A stretch of 64,000 nt of DNA, from positions 2,432,001 through 2,496,000 of the forward strand of contig OZ253564.1 in NCBI GenBank assembly GCA_965262915.1, written 5' to 3'. The stretch is from Candidatus Spongiisociaceae bacterium (GTDB lineage Bacteria; Actinomycetota; Acidimicrobiia; Spongiisociales; Spongiisociaceae). Shown here in pieces: positions 48,092-58,567 of this stretch. The translations under genes and the position numbers were made by a program. The notes under the pieces were generated by a model. The model saw nothing but the letters and a program-made list of their open reading frames with translations, did not search any database and was not told where the DNA came from. Position 1 is the first letter of the stretch. Every line of letters starts with the position of its first letter.

Positions 48092-49567
48092 ATGAGTTCC
48101 GCCGCGGGCGGGATGAAGAAGAAGGTGGTTGAGATGGTCGTTCTCGAAGAAAAACGAAGCGCGGATAGCCAGACCAAGGAGGCTCCCGCCGCCACCTTGG
48201 CCGAGCAGGCCGGCGCCTGGGTAGCCGGATTGTCGTACGAGGACATACCTTCGCCGGTGATCGAGCGGGGCAAGGCGCTGGCGCTGGACTGCTTCGGGCT
48301 GGCACTGGTGGCGGCAAATACGCCGGTGGCGGCTACCGGGCGGCGGGCATTGGAAGCCATGGGTGGTGTCGCCGGGGGTCCCAGCACGGTTCTGGCGACC
48401 GGTGAGCGGCTTACGGCTAGGGACGCGGCTTTCCTGAACGGCTTGGCGGTGGGCGGTCTGGACTGGGACGACACGCACCTCGAGGGTGCGTTCCATGTCA
48501 GTGCTGGTGCGTTTCCTGCCGTGTTGGCGGTGGCGGAGGCGCAGGGGTGCAGCGGGCGCGAGTTCCTATTGGGTTATATCGCCGCTCTCGAAGTGTCTTG
48601 CCGGGCGGCGGCCGCGCCGAGGGATGGGATCCATCAGGCGGGGTTTGCTCCTACCGGGGTGGCGCCGCCGTTCGGATGCGCGGCTGCCACGGCGCTGCTG
48701 CTGGGTGGTGGGGCCTCCGAGATTGCCCACGCCCAAGGCATCGCCGGCAGCACGGCGGCCGGCTTGCTGGAGTTCCTGGCGGACGGGGCCTGGACCAAGA
48801 ACATCCACGGGGCGTGGTCGGCCCATGGCGGTGTGTCGGCCGGGTACCTGGCCATGGCCGGGTTCAGCGGTCCGCTGACCGTCTATGAGGGCGAGTTCGG
48901 CCTCTACCAGACGCATCTGCGTGACCCGGAGGGTGAGCTGGACCCGGGGTACTTCGCCACCCTCGGTTCTAAGTGGGAGACATTGGAGACGGCGGCCAAG
49001 CAGTACCCGGTGTGCCACTTCAGCCAGGCGTTCCTCAAGGGCTGGTTCAAGCTGTCGGAACGGCACGGGATCGAGCTCGGGAACATCCGGTCGATCGTTT
49101 GCCGGGCGCCGGACGGTGTCATCCCCACCATCTGTGAACCGCGGGGACGCCGGGACGCGCCGCTCAACGCCCACGACGCTCAGGAGAGCCTCCCCTACGT
49201 CCTCGCCGCTGCCATCCTGAGCGGGGAGATCACCGAGCGGCAGTTGACCGACGAGATGGTGCGGGACCCCGAGGTCCTGTCGTTGGCCCGTTCGATCCGC
49301 TACGAGCGCTACCCCGAGAGCCTGTTCCCCGATTCCTATGACGGGGAGATCGTCATCGAGACCACAGACGGGCGGGTGTTCCGGAGCACGGACGAGGCCG
49401 GGCGGCTGGAAGTGGACGAGATCGAGGCCAAGTTCCTGGCCAACGCCGAGCGGGCGGTGGGCCGGCGCCGGGGCAGCGCCATACACGAGGCGGTGATGAG
49501 CCTGGATGAGGCCGATTCGCTGGACGGGCTGATCGAGATGGTGTCTAGTGGTCCGTCTGCGAAATAA
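48092..49567 (+). CDS. MmgE/PrpD family protein (start uncertain)
   Basis: LDWDDTH, KNIHG, KQYPVCHF, SLPY, KFLANA; stop supplied by the MITE. Confidence 0.9.
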   Translation: MSSAAGGMKKKVVEMVVLEEKRSADSQTKEAPAATLAEQAGAWVAGLSYEDIPSPVIERGKALALDCFGLALVAANTPVAATGRRALEAMGGVAGGPSTVLATGERLTARDAAFLNGLAVGGLDWDDTHLEGAFHVSAGAFPAVLAVAEAQGCSGREFLLGYIAALEVSCRAAAAPRDGIHQAGFAPTGVAPPFGCAAATALLLGGGASEIAHAQGIAGSTAAGLLEFLADGAWTKNIHGAWSAHGGVSAGYLAMAGFSGPLTVYEGEFGLYQTHLRDPEGELDPGYFATLGSKWETLETAAKQYPVCHFSQAFLKGWFKLSERHGIELGNIRSIVCRAPDGVIPTICEPRGRRDAPLNAHDAQESLPYVLAAAILSGEITERQLTDEMVRDPEVLSLARSIRYERYPESLFPDSYDGEIVIETTDGRVFRSTDEAGRLEVDEIEAKFLANAERAVGRRRGSAIHEAVMSLDEADSLDGLIEMVSSGPSAK

Positions 49568-49708
49568 CTTGGCGTGCCCTGCTTGCCAGCGACGCCCCTC
49601 GCTGCGTTCCGCCTCCTCAACGTACGCTCCGGTGCGCCTTCGTCGGCGGGCCTTGCCAGGAACGCCGCTGCCGGCGCATCCCACGCCGCCATTTCACAGA
49701 CGGACCAC
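49548..49708. mobile_element. Third copy of the palindromic MITE, opposite orientation
   Basis: TA-GTGGTCCGTC...GACGGACCAC; its reverse complement aligns end-to-end with 16358-16520. Confidence 0.88.
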
Positions 49709-49717
49709 GAACACCGA

Positions 49718-51421
49718 ATGAGCAGCATCGAAATCGATCCGATCACCCTGGCGGTGCTCGAAGGAAGTCTCCAGTCGGCGATCCGCGAGATGCGCCACGT
49801 GCTGGTGCGATCGGGACGGTCGCCGATCATCGCCATCTCCACCGACTTCTCCAACTCGATCCTCGACGCGGCCGGGGAGCAGGTCGTCCAGGGCGACGAC
49901 CAGCCCGTGCATCTGGGATCCATGCAGGTGGCGCTCAAGCAGACCATCCGCTTCTTCGGGGACGACCTCGCCGAGGGGGACGTCATCTACGTGAACGACC
50001 CCACCTACGGCGGCGGTCACCAGGCCGACATGACCATGTTCAAGCCGGTGTTCATCGACGGCGAACTGTTCGCCTGGGTGGGCAACCGGGCCCACGTCTC
50101 CGACTCGGGCGGTCCGGTGGCCGGGGGCTACAACCCGTTGGCCAGGGAGATCTACGCGGAGGGCATCCGTATGTCCCCCATCAAGATCTACGAACGAGGA
50201 AAGGTCCGGCGGGACGTGGTGACCATGCTGCTGCTGAACCTGCGGACCCCCGATGCCCACCGGGGGGACATGGGAGCGCAGATGGGGGCGCTCGGGGTAG
50301 CGGAACGCCGCATCCGCGAGCTGCACAGGTCTCTCGGCCCCGAACGCCTCCAGGCGGGATTCGCCGCGCTGCTCGACCGGGGAGAGGAGCTGGCGAGACG
50401 CGCTATCTCGGAGATTGCCGACGGTACGTATCGGGGGCATTCGGCCATGGAGGATCCCCGGGGTGGACCCCCGCTGGACATCCATTGCGCCATCGGAGTC
50501 GACGGCGACCAGATCCTCGTGAAGTTGGGGGGATCGCCGCAGATCAACCGCTACTTCAACAGCTACTTCGGGAACTCCATATCGGCCATATACGCCGGGA
50601 TGCTGACCGTCTTCCCCACCAACATCCCCCACAACGGAGGGGTCTACCGCTGCATCGACATCGACCTCGGGGAGAAGGGAACGATCGTCAACGCGGTCGA
50701 GCCCTCCCCCTCGTCGATGGCCACCTCCACTCCCTTCGACAACATCATGGAGGCGGTGGAGGCTGCTCTGGCCGAAGCGGTTCCGGAGCGGGCCGTGGCC
50801 GGCTGGTCCCACTTCTGCGGATCCACCTTCGGCGGGCTGGACACCCGCACCGGCGAGCGCTTCTCTCATCTGTCGACCATGTCCGGCATCGGCGGGGCGG
50901 GGGCGATGTGGGAGACCGACGGCTGGTCGTGCTGCAGTCCCCAGTGCACGTTCGGGGGGATGCGCACCGGCAACGTGGAGGAGATCGAGTTCCGCATCCC
51001 GATGCGGATCAACCGCTTCGAACTGGCCCCCGACACCGAAGGACCCGGGCAGTGGCGCGGGGGCTTCGGGATGGCGCTGGAGATGGAGCCGCTGGAGCCG
51101 GGCACGGTGGTGAGCTTCATCGGTGAAGGCTTGGAGATCCCCCCGCCGGGGCGGTTCGTACCCGACGGCTACCAAGACGACAGGGCGGTGTTCTCCCGCT
51201 CGATCAGAGGCCAGGACGGGGTGGTGAGACCGATCGTCCCGCACAGCGTGGTGGACCTGGACCCGGGGAGCGCGCTGGTCAGCACCAGCCCGGGTGGGGG
51301 CGGGATCGGTGATCCCCGGCTGAGGGACCGGGCCGCCATGGCCCGCGATGTCGACAACCAGCTGATCAGCCCCGAACGGGCCGCCCGCGTCTACGGCTAC
51401 GAGGGCGGCCAGGATGGCTGA
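49718..51421 (+). CDS. Hydantoinase B/oxoprolinase family protein
   Basis: IDPITL, PVHLGSM, NDPTYGGGHQAD, GQWRGG, PGGGGIGDP; true start after the MITE. Confidence 0.93.
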   Translation: MSSIEIDPITLAVLEGSLQSAIREMRHVLVRSGRSPIIAISTDFSNSILDAAGEQVVQGDDQPVHLGSMQVALKQTIRFFGDDLAEGDVIYVNDPTYGGGHQADMTMFKPVFIDGELFAWVGNRAHVSDSGGPVAGGYNPLAREIYAEGIRMSPIKIYERGKVRRDVVTMLLLNLRTPDAHRGDMGAQMGALGVAERRIRELHRSLGPERLQAGFAALLDRGEELARRAISEIADGTYRGHSAMEDPRGGPPLDIHCAIGVDGDQILVKLGGSPQINRYFNSYFGNSISAIYAGMLTVFPTNIPHNGGVYRCIDIDLGEKGTIVNAVEPSPSSMATSTPFDNIMEAVEAALAEAVPERAVAGWSHFCGSTFGGLDTRTGERFSHLSTMSGIGGAGAMWETDGWSCCSPQCTFGGMRTGNVEEIEFRIPMRINRFELAPDTEGPGQWRGGFGMALEMEPLEPGTVVSFIGEGLEIPPPGRFVPDGYQDDRAVFSRSIRGQDGVVRPIVPHSVVDLDPGSALVSTSPGGGGIGDPRLRDRAAMARDVDNQLISPERAARVYGYEGGQDG

Positions 51422-53510
51422 GCGCTTCGTCCTCGGCATCGATGTTGGAGGGACCTTCACCGACGTGGCGGGCCTGGACCGAGGGGGGCGGCCCCTCATG
51501 TTCAAGGTGCCTTCGAGGCCCGACGATCCTTCCTCGGCGGTGATGCAAGGCGTCGAATCCTTCGCCGGCGGCATCGGGGTTCCGGTCGAATCGATACTGC
51601 GGGACGCGCACCTGGTGCACGGAACAACGATGGGGATCAACACGCTCCTGACCCGGACGGGGGCCCGGACGGCTCTGCTGACCACCTCCGGCTTCCGGGA
51701 CATGCTCGAGATCAGGGTCGGATACAAGGAAGAACGGTACGAGTTGGATCTCGAACCGCCCGTCCCGCTCGTACCCCGCCGTCTCAGACTTCCGATCACC
51801 GAGCGGCTCGGTTCCGACGGGGCCGTGGTAACGCCGCTGGATGAGGAGGAGGTCCTGGCCGCCTGCGACTTCATGGTCCGCGAAGGAGTAGAGGCGGTCG
51901 CCATCTGCTTCCTGTGGTCGTTCCTCGACCCGTCCCACGAGATCCGGGCGGCAGAGCTCTGCCGACAGGGTCTCCCCGATGCTTTCGTCACCACATCGTG
52001 GGATGTCCTCCCCGAGATCCGCGAGTACAACCGGGTCAGCACCACGGTGCTCAACGCCTACGTCGGACCCAGGGTGGTGCAGTACGTCGGGGAGCTCGCC
52101 GCACGCCTGGAGGACAACGGTTTCGCCGGCACGCTCCACTTCCTCCAGAGCCACGGAGGTGTTGCCCACGCCGACGAGGTGATGCGCGTCCCGGTTCGAA
52201 CCCTCATGTCGGGTCCCGCAGCAGGACCTGCGGTGGCAGGGTTCTTCGCAGGCCAGGCCGGCATCGAGAACGCCATCTGCATAGACATGGGCGGGACCAG
52301 CTTCGACGCCAGCGTCGTCACCGCAGGATCGGTGCGCCAGTCGCGCCCGGTGGACATCGACGGGGTGCGGATCGGGCTGCCGATGGTCGACGTCCATTCC
52401 GTGGGAGGGGGCGGCGGCTCGATCGCCTGGGTCGACACCGGCATACTCCGGGTCGGGCCGTCGAGCGCCGGATCGGTTCCCGGCCCGGCCTCCTACTCCC
52501 TGGGGGGGACGTCCCCCACCGTTACCGACGCCAACATGGTCCTCGGCGTGTACAGCCCCGGTCCCATCGCCGGTGGTCTCTCTCTGGACGGCGGCCCGGC
52601 CGAGGCGGTGATCGACGGTCTGGCGGGCGAGATCGGGGTGGGCCGGATCGAAGCCGCCGACGGGGTGTGGCGGGTGCTGACCATCGACCTGGCCCAGGCG
52701 ATCCGCGACATCACCGTGGACGAGGGGCGGGATCCCCGCGACTACGTGCTGGTGGTGGGCGGAGGCTCCGGCCCGGTCCACTGCTGCGCCATCGCCGACG
52801 AGTTGGGTATCGACCGCATCATGATTCCGAAGGCGGCCTCCACCCTGTGCGCGCTCGGAGCGATCGTGATGGACGTCGTGTACGAGTTGCGGCGCTCCTA
52901 CCCGATGCAGCTGTCAGGTTCGTTCGATGTCGAGGCGATCGACACCGCGTTCGGGCAGATGGAGCGTGACCTGATCGGGATGCTGCAGGGAGAGGGACTG
53001 GCGAGCGACGGCACCAGGATCGACCGCCGGGTCGGGCTCCGCTACCGCGAGGACGAGATCCACGTCGACCGGGGCCTGGAACTCCGCTACCGGGAGCAGC
53101 TGTGGGAGATCATGGTCCCGATGGCTACCGCCTTCATCGACTTGGACACTATCGAAGGGGTGGTGGATGCCTTCCACGAGCGCCACCACGAGATCTACAC
53201 CTACTCCGAACCCGACAACGTCTGCGAGCTGGTCAGCCTGGCGGTCCGGGCCACCGTCCCGAGGCAGCTGCCCGAGATCGACTGGGATCTTGGGACTCAT
53301 GACAGCTGGGTGCGGCTCGGTGAGCGGAGCGTCCGCCACCGTGATCGCTTCCTGATCACCCCCGTGTTCGACGGCCGCAAAGCCCCCGTATCCGCACCGG
53401 TGGAAGGACCGGCACTGATCCGCGAGGAACTATGCACCGTCTTCGTGGAACCAGGCTGGACATGCACCCTCGAACCGCACGGCGCGTATTCGTTGATTCG
53501 TAGCCGGTAA
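51414..53510 (+). CDS. Hydantoinase A/oxoprolinase family protein
   Basis: GIDVGGTFTD, HGTT, SGPAAG, DMGGTSFD, PTVTDA. Confidence 0.94.
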   Translation: MAERFVLGIDVGGTFTDVAGLDRGGRPLMFKVPSRPDDPSSAVMQGVESFAGGIGVPVESILRDAHLVHGTTMGINTLLTRTGARTALLTTSGFRDMLEIRVGYKEERYELDLEPPVPLVPRRLRLPITERLGSDGAVVTPLDEEEVLAACDFMVREGVEAVAICFLWSFLDPSHEIRAAELCRQGLPDAFVTTSWDVLPEIREYNRVSTTVLNAYVGPRVVQYVGELAARLEDNGFAGTLHFLQSHGGVAHADEVMRVPVRTLMSGPAAGPAVAGFFAGQAGIENAICIDMGGTSFDASVVTAGSVRQSRPVDIDGVRIGLPMVDVHSVGGGGGSIAWVDTGILRVGPSSAGSVPGPASYSLGGTSPTVTDANMVLGVYSPGPIAGGLSLDGGPAEAVIDGLAGEIGVGRIEAADGVWRVLTIDLAQAIRDITVDEGRDPRDYVLVVGGGSGPVHCCAIADELGIDRIMIPKAASTLCALGAIVMDVVYELRRSYPMQLSGSFDVEAIDTAFGQMERDLIGMLQGEGLASDGTRIDRRVGLRYREDEIHVDRGLELRYREQLWEIMVPMATAFIDLDTIEGVVDAFHERHHEIYTYSEPDNVCELVSLAVRATVPRQLPEIDWDLGTHDSWVRLGERSVRHRDRFLITPVFDGRKAPVSAPVEGPALIREELCTVFVEPGWTCTLEPHGAYSLIRSR

Positions 53511-53533
53511 CCGGTCGCTGGGGAGAGATGGAT

Positions 53534-53836
53534 TCAAGAGACGCGGGACAGCAGCAGTGAGCCGATTTCCTCGGCTAGCTCGCCAGGCAACCTGGGGAGA
53601 ATGTCGGCACGTTCCTGATCGGACAGCGGGGCTAGGTGACGTGCTGATACATAGGCCGGAAGGGAGAGGGTGACCTCGATCCGCTCTTCCAGAGAGCACT
53701 GGAGGAAGACGGCAGCGGCAAGCTCACCGAGTTCGCCAAGTTCTTCGGCGGTCGGGGGTCGACCGCCGACATCCTCGAACGTCATATTGGGATCTTCCGA
53801 CAACGCGATTATCTCTTGGTAGTTCAGTTGTGTCAC
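53534..53836 (-). CDS. Small acidic helical hypothetical protein
   Basis: TAGTCT-N7-GTG start; C-terminus loosely resembles MgtE-N helical repeats. Confidence 0.55.
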   Translation of the reverse strand: MTQLNYQEIIALSEDPNMTFEDVGGRPPTAEELGELGELAAAVFLQCSLEERIEVTLSLPAYVSARHLAPLSDQERADILPRLPGELAEEIGSLLLSRVS

Positions 53837-53881
53837 CGATCACAGACTACTACAACGACTACCTAACATACCTCCCGGTGA

Positions 53882-54730
53882 TCATTGTCCACTACCCAAC
53901 TCCCTAGGAGGAGGCGGGGTGGTCTTCGGAGACCCCACCGGGGTTCCTGACGGCCGGACAATCTTGGTTGGGCAGACGCGCTGCTGCGGAGCGGCTGCCC
54001 AGAGCCGGTCAATGGGTAGTGCATAGATCCGGTCTTGGGGGTACGTGGCCCACTCGCCGGTATGGAAAGCGACGCCGGCCTTGAATCGGGTTCCGAGTTC
54101 GTCGCGCAGGGTCTGCAGACCGCGTCCGCTCCGGGCCTGCCATCCTCCTGCTGCCTTGATTTCGAACGCTACGACGGCACCGTCGGGTAGTTCCACCACC
54201 AGGTCGACTTCGAGCCCGCCCCTGGTGCGCCAGTGCCCGACGGTGGGTGTGTGGTCCATCCAGGAGGCCTGTTTGAGTATCTCGCCGACGGCGAAGGTCT
54301 CGAGAAGATGACCGAACTGTTGCAGCGCCGTGGGGTCGCGTCCGGCCAGCCGGTCCGATGAGAGGCCGAGGAGTCGTGCCGCGACTCCGGAGTCGACGAC
54401 GTGCAGCTTGGGTAGCCGGGTCGCTCGGGCGCGCAGCGTCGTTCCCCAGGCCGGTATGCGTTGGATGAGGAACGAGGATTCCAGGAGGCCGGTGTAGTTG
54501 TGTGCCGTTTTCTGTTTGAGTTCGGCTGCGGCCCCGGCGGATGTCATGTTCAGTACCTGGCCGGTCTGGGAAGCCAGCCGATGGAACAGCCGGCGCAGTC
54601 CCGCCATGTCCCGGATGTTGGAGATGTCGTCGGATATACGCTCGAGGCACAGTTCGATGTAGTTGTCGAACCATCGTTGCCGGGCAACCGCGCTCATCGT
54701 CCGGGTGGGTGGGAAACCTCCATCAACCAC
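53882..54730 (-). pseudogene. 5'-truncated DUF4143 protein, close paralog of 61109-62383
   Basis: Begins at GGFPP with the ATPase half absent; near-identical motifs to the intact copy. Confidence 0.85.
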
Positions 54731-54921
54731 CCGTTGGATGTATTGCTCACGGATCGTACCGGACCGGTAGCATCATCGTTCCCACGGCACACCACTCCGG
54801 CGAACATGACACTGTCGCCGGTATAATCGATGCTTTCCGCGAGGTCTGAACCTATTCCGAACCCAGAAAGGCACAGGTACTATCGGCCTGTGCCAGCATC
54901 CGCATTGACGAGAAACAACAT

Positions 54922-55992
54922 ATGACATCGACGGGGGTCTCTTCCGGAGAACCGCAGCTAACCGTCATGACGGTGACGGGTCCGGTCGCCGCCGACGATA
55001 TCGGAATAGCGCTCGTTCACGAGCATATTTTCCTCGACATGCGACAGTCATATACGGAGCACCATCCAGACGCGCAATACGGCCCGCCGCAGATTCACAT
55101 GCTGGGAGAATGGCGCCGTGACTACTCCAAGTTCCCGGACTTCATGGTCCTTGATGACGTAGATCTAGCCATCTCCGAGATTTCCAGATTCGCCGAATAC
55201 GGCGGGAAGACCATTGTGGATGCGACTCCGATCGGCGCTCGCCCTCAGTCCCGCCAGCTTTACCCGGCTGGGCTAAGGACAGTTTCTGTAGAGGCTGGTG
55301 TCAATGTGATCGCAGGGTGCGGGTTCTACATCCAAGCATCCCATCCGGAGTACGTGAGGACGTCAAGCTCCCGATTCCTGGCTGAGAGGATCGTCTCCGA
55401 GATAGAGCACGGCCTCGAGGGGACTGACATCAGACCTGGTGTGATCGGCGAGATCGGGCTCAGCCAGCCGGTCGAAGAGGACGAATGGAAGGTCCTCGGA
55501 GCCGCATGCGAGGCGCAGAAACAAACGGGACTCCCGCTCTACATACATCCCTATTTCGGGGCTAGGAGCAGGATTGCTCCTGAGGTCGCCAAGTTCATGC
55601 TACGCAAGGGCGTAGATCCGCAGAAGATCAACATGTGCCACATGGACGGCTACATGAACCTCGACTATCAGAGACGTGTAGCAGACCTGGGCGTATTCAT
55701 CTCATTCGACAACTTCGGCCTGGAGAACTACTACGACTCTATCGACTTCAGCTATAACAGCCATGACTCGCAACGTCACGAACACCTACTCAAGCTGCTG
55801 GCACTCGGTTACCGCGACCAGATTCTGGTGTCCCAGGATACCTGCTACAAGACCCAGCTCACACGGTACGGAGGTTACGGCTACGCACATATCCTACGGA
55901 ATATTGTGCCGGCCTTGCGCTACGCGGGGGTTGACGACGCCACATTGGAGCGTATTCTCGTCAAGAACCCGTATCGACTGCTCAGCCGCTAG
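54922..55992 (+). CDS. Phosphotriesterase-family amidohydrolase
   Basis: TVTGPV, HEH, DATP, GEIG, YIH, CHMD, SQD, GGYGY. Confidence 0.92.
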   Translation: MTSTGVSSGEPQLTVMTVTGPVAADDIGIALVHEHIFLDMRQSYTEHHPDAQYGPPQIHMLGEWRRDYSKFPDFMVLDDVDLAISEISRFAEYGGKTIVDATPIGARPQSRQLYPAGLRTVSVEAGVNVIAGCGFYIQASHPEYVRTSSSRFLAERIVSEIEHGLEGTDIRPGVIGEIGLSQPVEEDEWKVLGAACEAQKQTGLPLYIHPYFGARSRIAPEVAKFMLRKGVDPQKINMCHMDGYMNLDYQRRVADLGVFISFDNFGLENYYDSIDFSYNSHDSQRHEHLLKLLALGYRDQILVSQDTCYKTQLTRYGGYGYAHILRNIVPALRYAGVDDATLERILVKNPYRLLSR

Positions 55993-56124
55993 CTAACAGG
56001 TTCGACGGGAGATACAACGCCGGGACCCGGAACGGCGGCCCCAACATTAGAACCGGACACCTTCACGTCGACAGGAGACGGGCAGGCCCCGTGCGGCACG
56101 GTCTGCCCGTCGGTGGCCGCAGGT

Positions 56125-56328
56125 TCAGCCGGCCCAGAACCCCTTGCGATGGGAGATGCCCAGCGCTTTGCGACAGGCGGGACAAGCGTAGATGTACCGC
56201 TTGCCGAACCGGAACTGCGCAGTCCCCCTTCCCGTCGTTCGGACAGTGCGCGCCTCTACCTCGTTGAGCGGCGACTCGCAGTGGGGACACAGGGGCACAA
56301 GGTCAAAGGACTCCTTGACGACCGTCAT
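56125..56328 (-). CDS. Small zinc-ribbon protein (67 aa)
   Basis: CPHC...CPAC; AAGGAG RBS; ends GISHRKGFWAG. Confidence 0.72.
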   Translation of the reverse strand: MTVVKESFDLVPLCPHCESPLNEVEARTVRTTGRGTAQFRFGKRYIYACPACRKALGISHRKGFWAG

Positions 56329-56435
56329 GGCAAGCTCCTTTCGGCGGACCGCGGCAGGGTACGGCGTTGGGTACTGTCCACAAAAGCGCGGCAACCGGCC
56401 ATTGGGTCCGCTCATCCAACCACGGGAGGCACGAT

Positions 56436-57638
56436 GTGAACTGCACCCCCCTGTATCTGCATCCGGGCCGGATCGGTTCGCTCATGCTGCCCAACCGTCT
56501 GGTGCGGGCCGCCACCTCCGAGACGATGGCCACGCCGAAGGGCGTCGTGGTGGATTCCTATGTGGAGCTGTACCGCCGGCTCGCCGAAGGAGGAGCGGGT
56601 CTGATCCTCACCGGGCACATGTACGTGGATCCTCGCGGGCAGGCCAGCGCCAAGCAGACCGGCATCCACCACGACGGGCTGATTCCGGCTCTGCGGCGGG
56701 CCACCGACGCGGTACACGACGCCGGCGGGCGGATCTTCGCCCAGATCGGGCACTGCGGCAGCCAGACCAAGGTGTCGGGCGTCACGCCGGTGGCACCGTC
56801 GCCGGTACCCAATGCCATGTACGGCATCCGCCCGGAGGTGTTGACCTCGGCGGATATAGAAGCGCTCGTGCGCGCCTTCGGCGAGGCGGCACGGCGGGCG
56901 GTCGCCGCCGGGTTCGACGGCATCCACATCCACGGTGGAAACGGCTATCTGATCTCGGAGTTCTGCTCGCCGCACGCGAATACCCGCACCGACGGCTGGG
57001 GTGGCGACGCCGAGCGGCGGAGCCGCTTCATGTTCGAGGTGTACGGCGCGGTGCGGGCAGCGGTCGGGGACGGCTTTCCCGTGACCGCTCGCCTCGCCGT
57101 CGAGGACTCGGTGCCCGGCGGGTTGCAGCGGGAGGAGTCGTTGCAGCGGGCCCGGATCCTGGCGGAGCGCGGCATCGACGGCTTCGAGACGACCTACGGC
57201 GTGATGCGCAGCTACCTGGAGAACATCCGTCCGTACGTGGCGGTGCAGCGGGCGCAGGCGTGGCGCAATCTGGTGGTGCAGCGGGCCTGGAAACCCGCCG
57301 GTGCGGAGGCCTACTACCGGCCCTTCGCTCGTGCAGTGAAGCAGGCCACGGGCCTGCCCGTGATCCTCGTGGGCGGCGTCCGCACCACAGACTCGATGAT
57401 CGATATCCTCACCAGCGGCGATGCGGACTTCCTGGCGATGGCCCGCCCGTTCATCCGCGAACCCGATCTGGTACGCAAGCTGGCGGCCGGCCGCACGGGA
57501 GCCATGGCGTGCGTCTCGTGCAACATGTGCCTGGCACACGACGGCTTCGATCCGCTGCGCTGCTGGCGCACCAGCCCTCGCAGCGTCGCCGTGCACATCC
57601 GCAAGCATTACTGGACCAACCGGCGTCGAGGACAATGA
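56436..57638 (+). CDS. NADH:flavin oxidoreductase (Old Yellow Enzyme family)
   Basis: PNRLVRAAT, QIGHCG, GFDGIHIHGGNGYL, ARPFIREPD, CVSCNMC. Confidence 0.93.
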   Translation: MNCTPLYLHPGRIGSLMLPNRLVRAATSETMATPKGVVVDSYVELYRRLAEGGAGLILTGHMYVDPRGQASAKQTGIHHDGLIPALRRATDAVHDAGGRIFAQIGHCGSQTKVSGVTPVAPSPVPNAMYGIRPEVLTSADIEALVRAFGEAARRAVAAGFDGIHIHGGNGYLISEFCSPHANTRTDGWGGDAERRSRFMFEVYGAVRAAVGDGFPVTARLAVEDSVPGGLQREESLQRARILAERGIDGFETTYGVMRSYLENIRPYVAVQRAQAWRNLVVQRAWKPAGAEAYYRPFARAVKQATGLPVILVGGVRTTDSMIDILTSGDADFLAMARPFIREPDLVRKLAAGRTGAMACVSCNMCLAHDGFDPLRCWRTSPRSVAVHIRKHYWTNRRRGQ

Positions 57639-57730
57639 GCCCTTCAGCACCCTCCCAGTGTCCTGATTCCGGGATCAGTCATGGATACTCGGGACGTGCC
57701 GGCGTTGGCACCGGGCAGGCCTTGGGGGAC

Positions 57731-57936
57731 CGAGAACGCGAAAAACGTGGGACCGGATCCCTCCGACGGGCCCACCCCCGACCGCCACCTCCTCGGTTCC
57801 CGAACGCGTCCCGCCATCCCCTGCGAGGGGTCGGCTCCGACAACATGATCCCTGCCCCGGTCCGGTCGGTACCGCAAGACGGACCGGTGGTGTTTACGGC
57901 TACTTACCATTATGCAACGGGACTGTGACACGTCAA
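57731..57936 (-). ncRNA. Candidate structured ncRNA gene (copy C)
   Basis: TTGACG-16-CATAAT, TGTCAC-N10; CCGGTCCG stem; GTGGG..GGGA-loop..CCCAC hairpin plus TTTTT. Confidence 0.65.
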
Positions 57937-58000
57937 TCCTCTTGTGGCGGCGAGGCCGGTTCCTGCGGGGGTGCTGTGAGTGGGTTGGCATGCCGGTCCG

Positions 58001-58567
58001 TCAGGCCAGGTGCTCGATCAGCCGGTCCAACACGGTCGGTAGGTTCCGGAGAAAGAAGTCGTCTGCCTGGGCAGTTCTGCATCTCGATTCAACAAGTGAC
58101 CAGTCGATACGATCCTGCGCTGCGATTGCTAGGGCCACTGCTTCGTCCCAGGTCACAGGCGTTCCATCGGTTGCCTGCACGAGACGATCCACCATCAGGT
58201 CGTTGACCGAGATGACCCGGACCACCACACCTCCGACCTCGATTTGCTTGGGTGGGTCCTCCCCGAACAGCGTCTCGGCCGGCACCTCTATAGCGATCTC
58301 CTCATCGCCGGTGCCGCAGACCCAATGCCGCCCGTCGCGGACAAACCCCAGCCGAGCCAGCACTGCCTTGTCTCGGGAGTCGACAGGGCCGACCATGTCG
58401 ATGTCCGTCATTCGCTGACGGCCGGTGTGGATCATCTGAGCCGCGCCACCGACCAGCACGAGCGGCGCCCGTACAGCAGTGTCGAAAGCAGCAACTGCTA
58501 GGAGGACCCGCTCAGCACTGTCCGGCGACGCCCGCAGTGCCAAGGCGATCAGTTCGGAAGCTCTCAA
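58001..58567 (-). CDS. Nucleotidyltransferase-fold protein (AbiEii/DUF6036-like)
   Basis: VLVGGAA...TDIDMV; TTGA coupling to the upstream HTH gene. Confidence 0.7.
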   Translation of the reverse strand: MRASELIALALRASPDSAERVLLAVAAFDTAVRAPLVLVGGAAQMIHTGRQRMTDIDMVGPVDSRDKAVLARLGFVRDGRHWVCGTGDEEIAIEVPAETLFGEDPPKQIEVGGVVVRVISVNDLMVDRLVQATDGTPVTWDEAVALAIAAQDRIDWSLVESRCRTAQADDFFLRNLPTVLDRLIEHLA

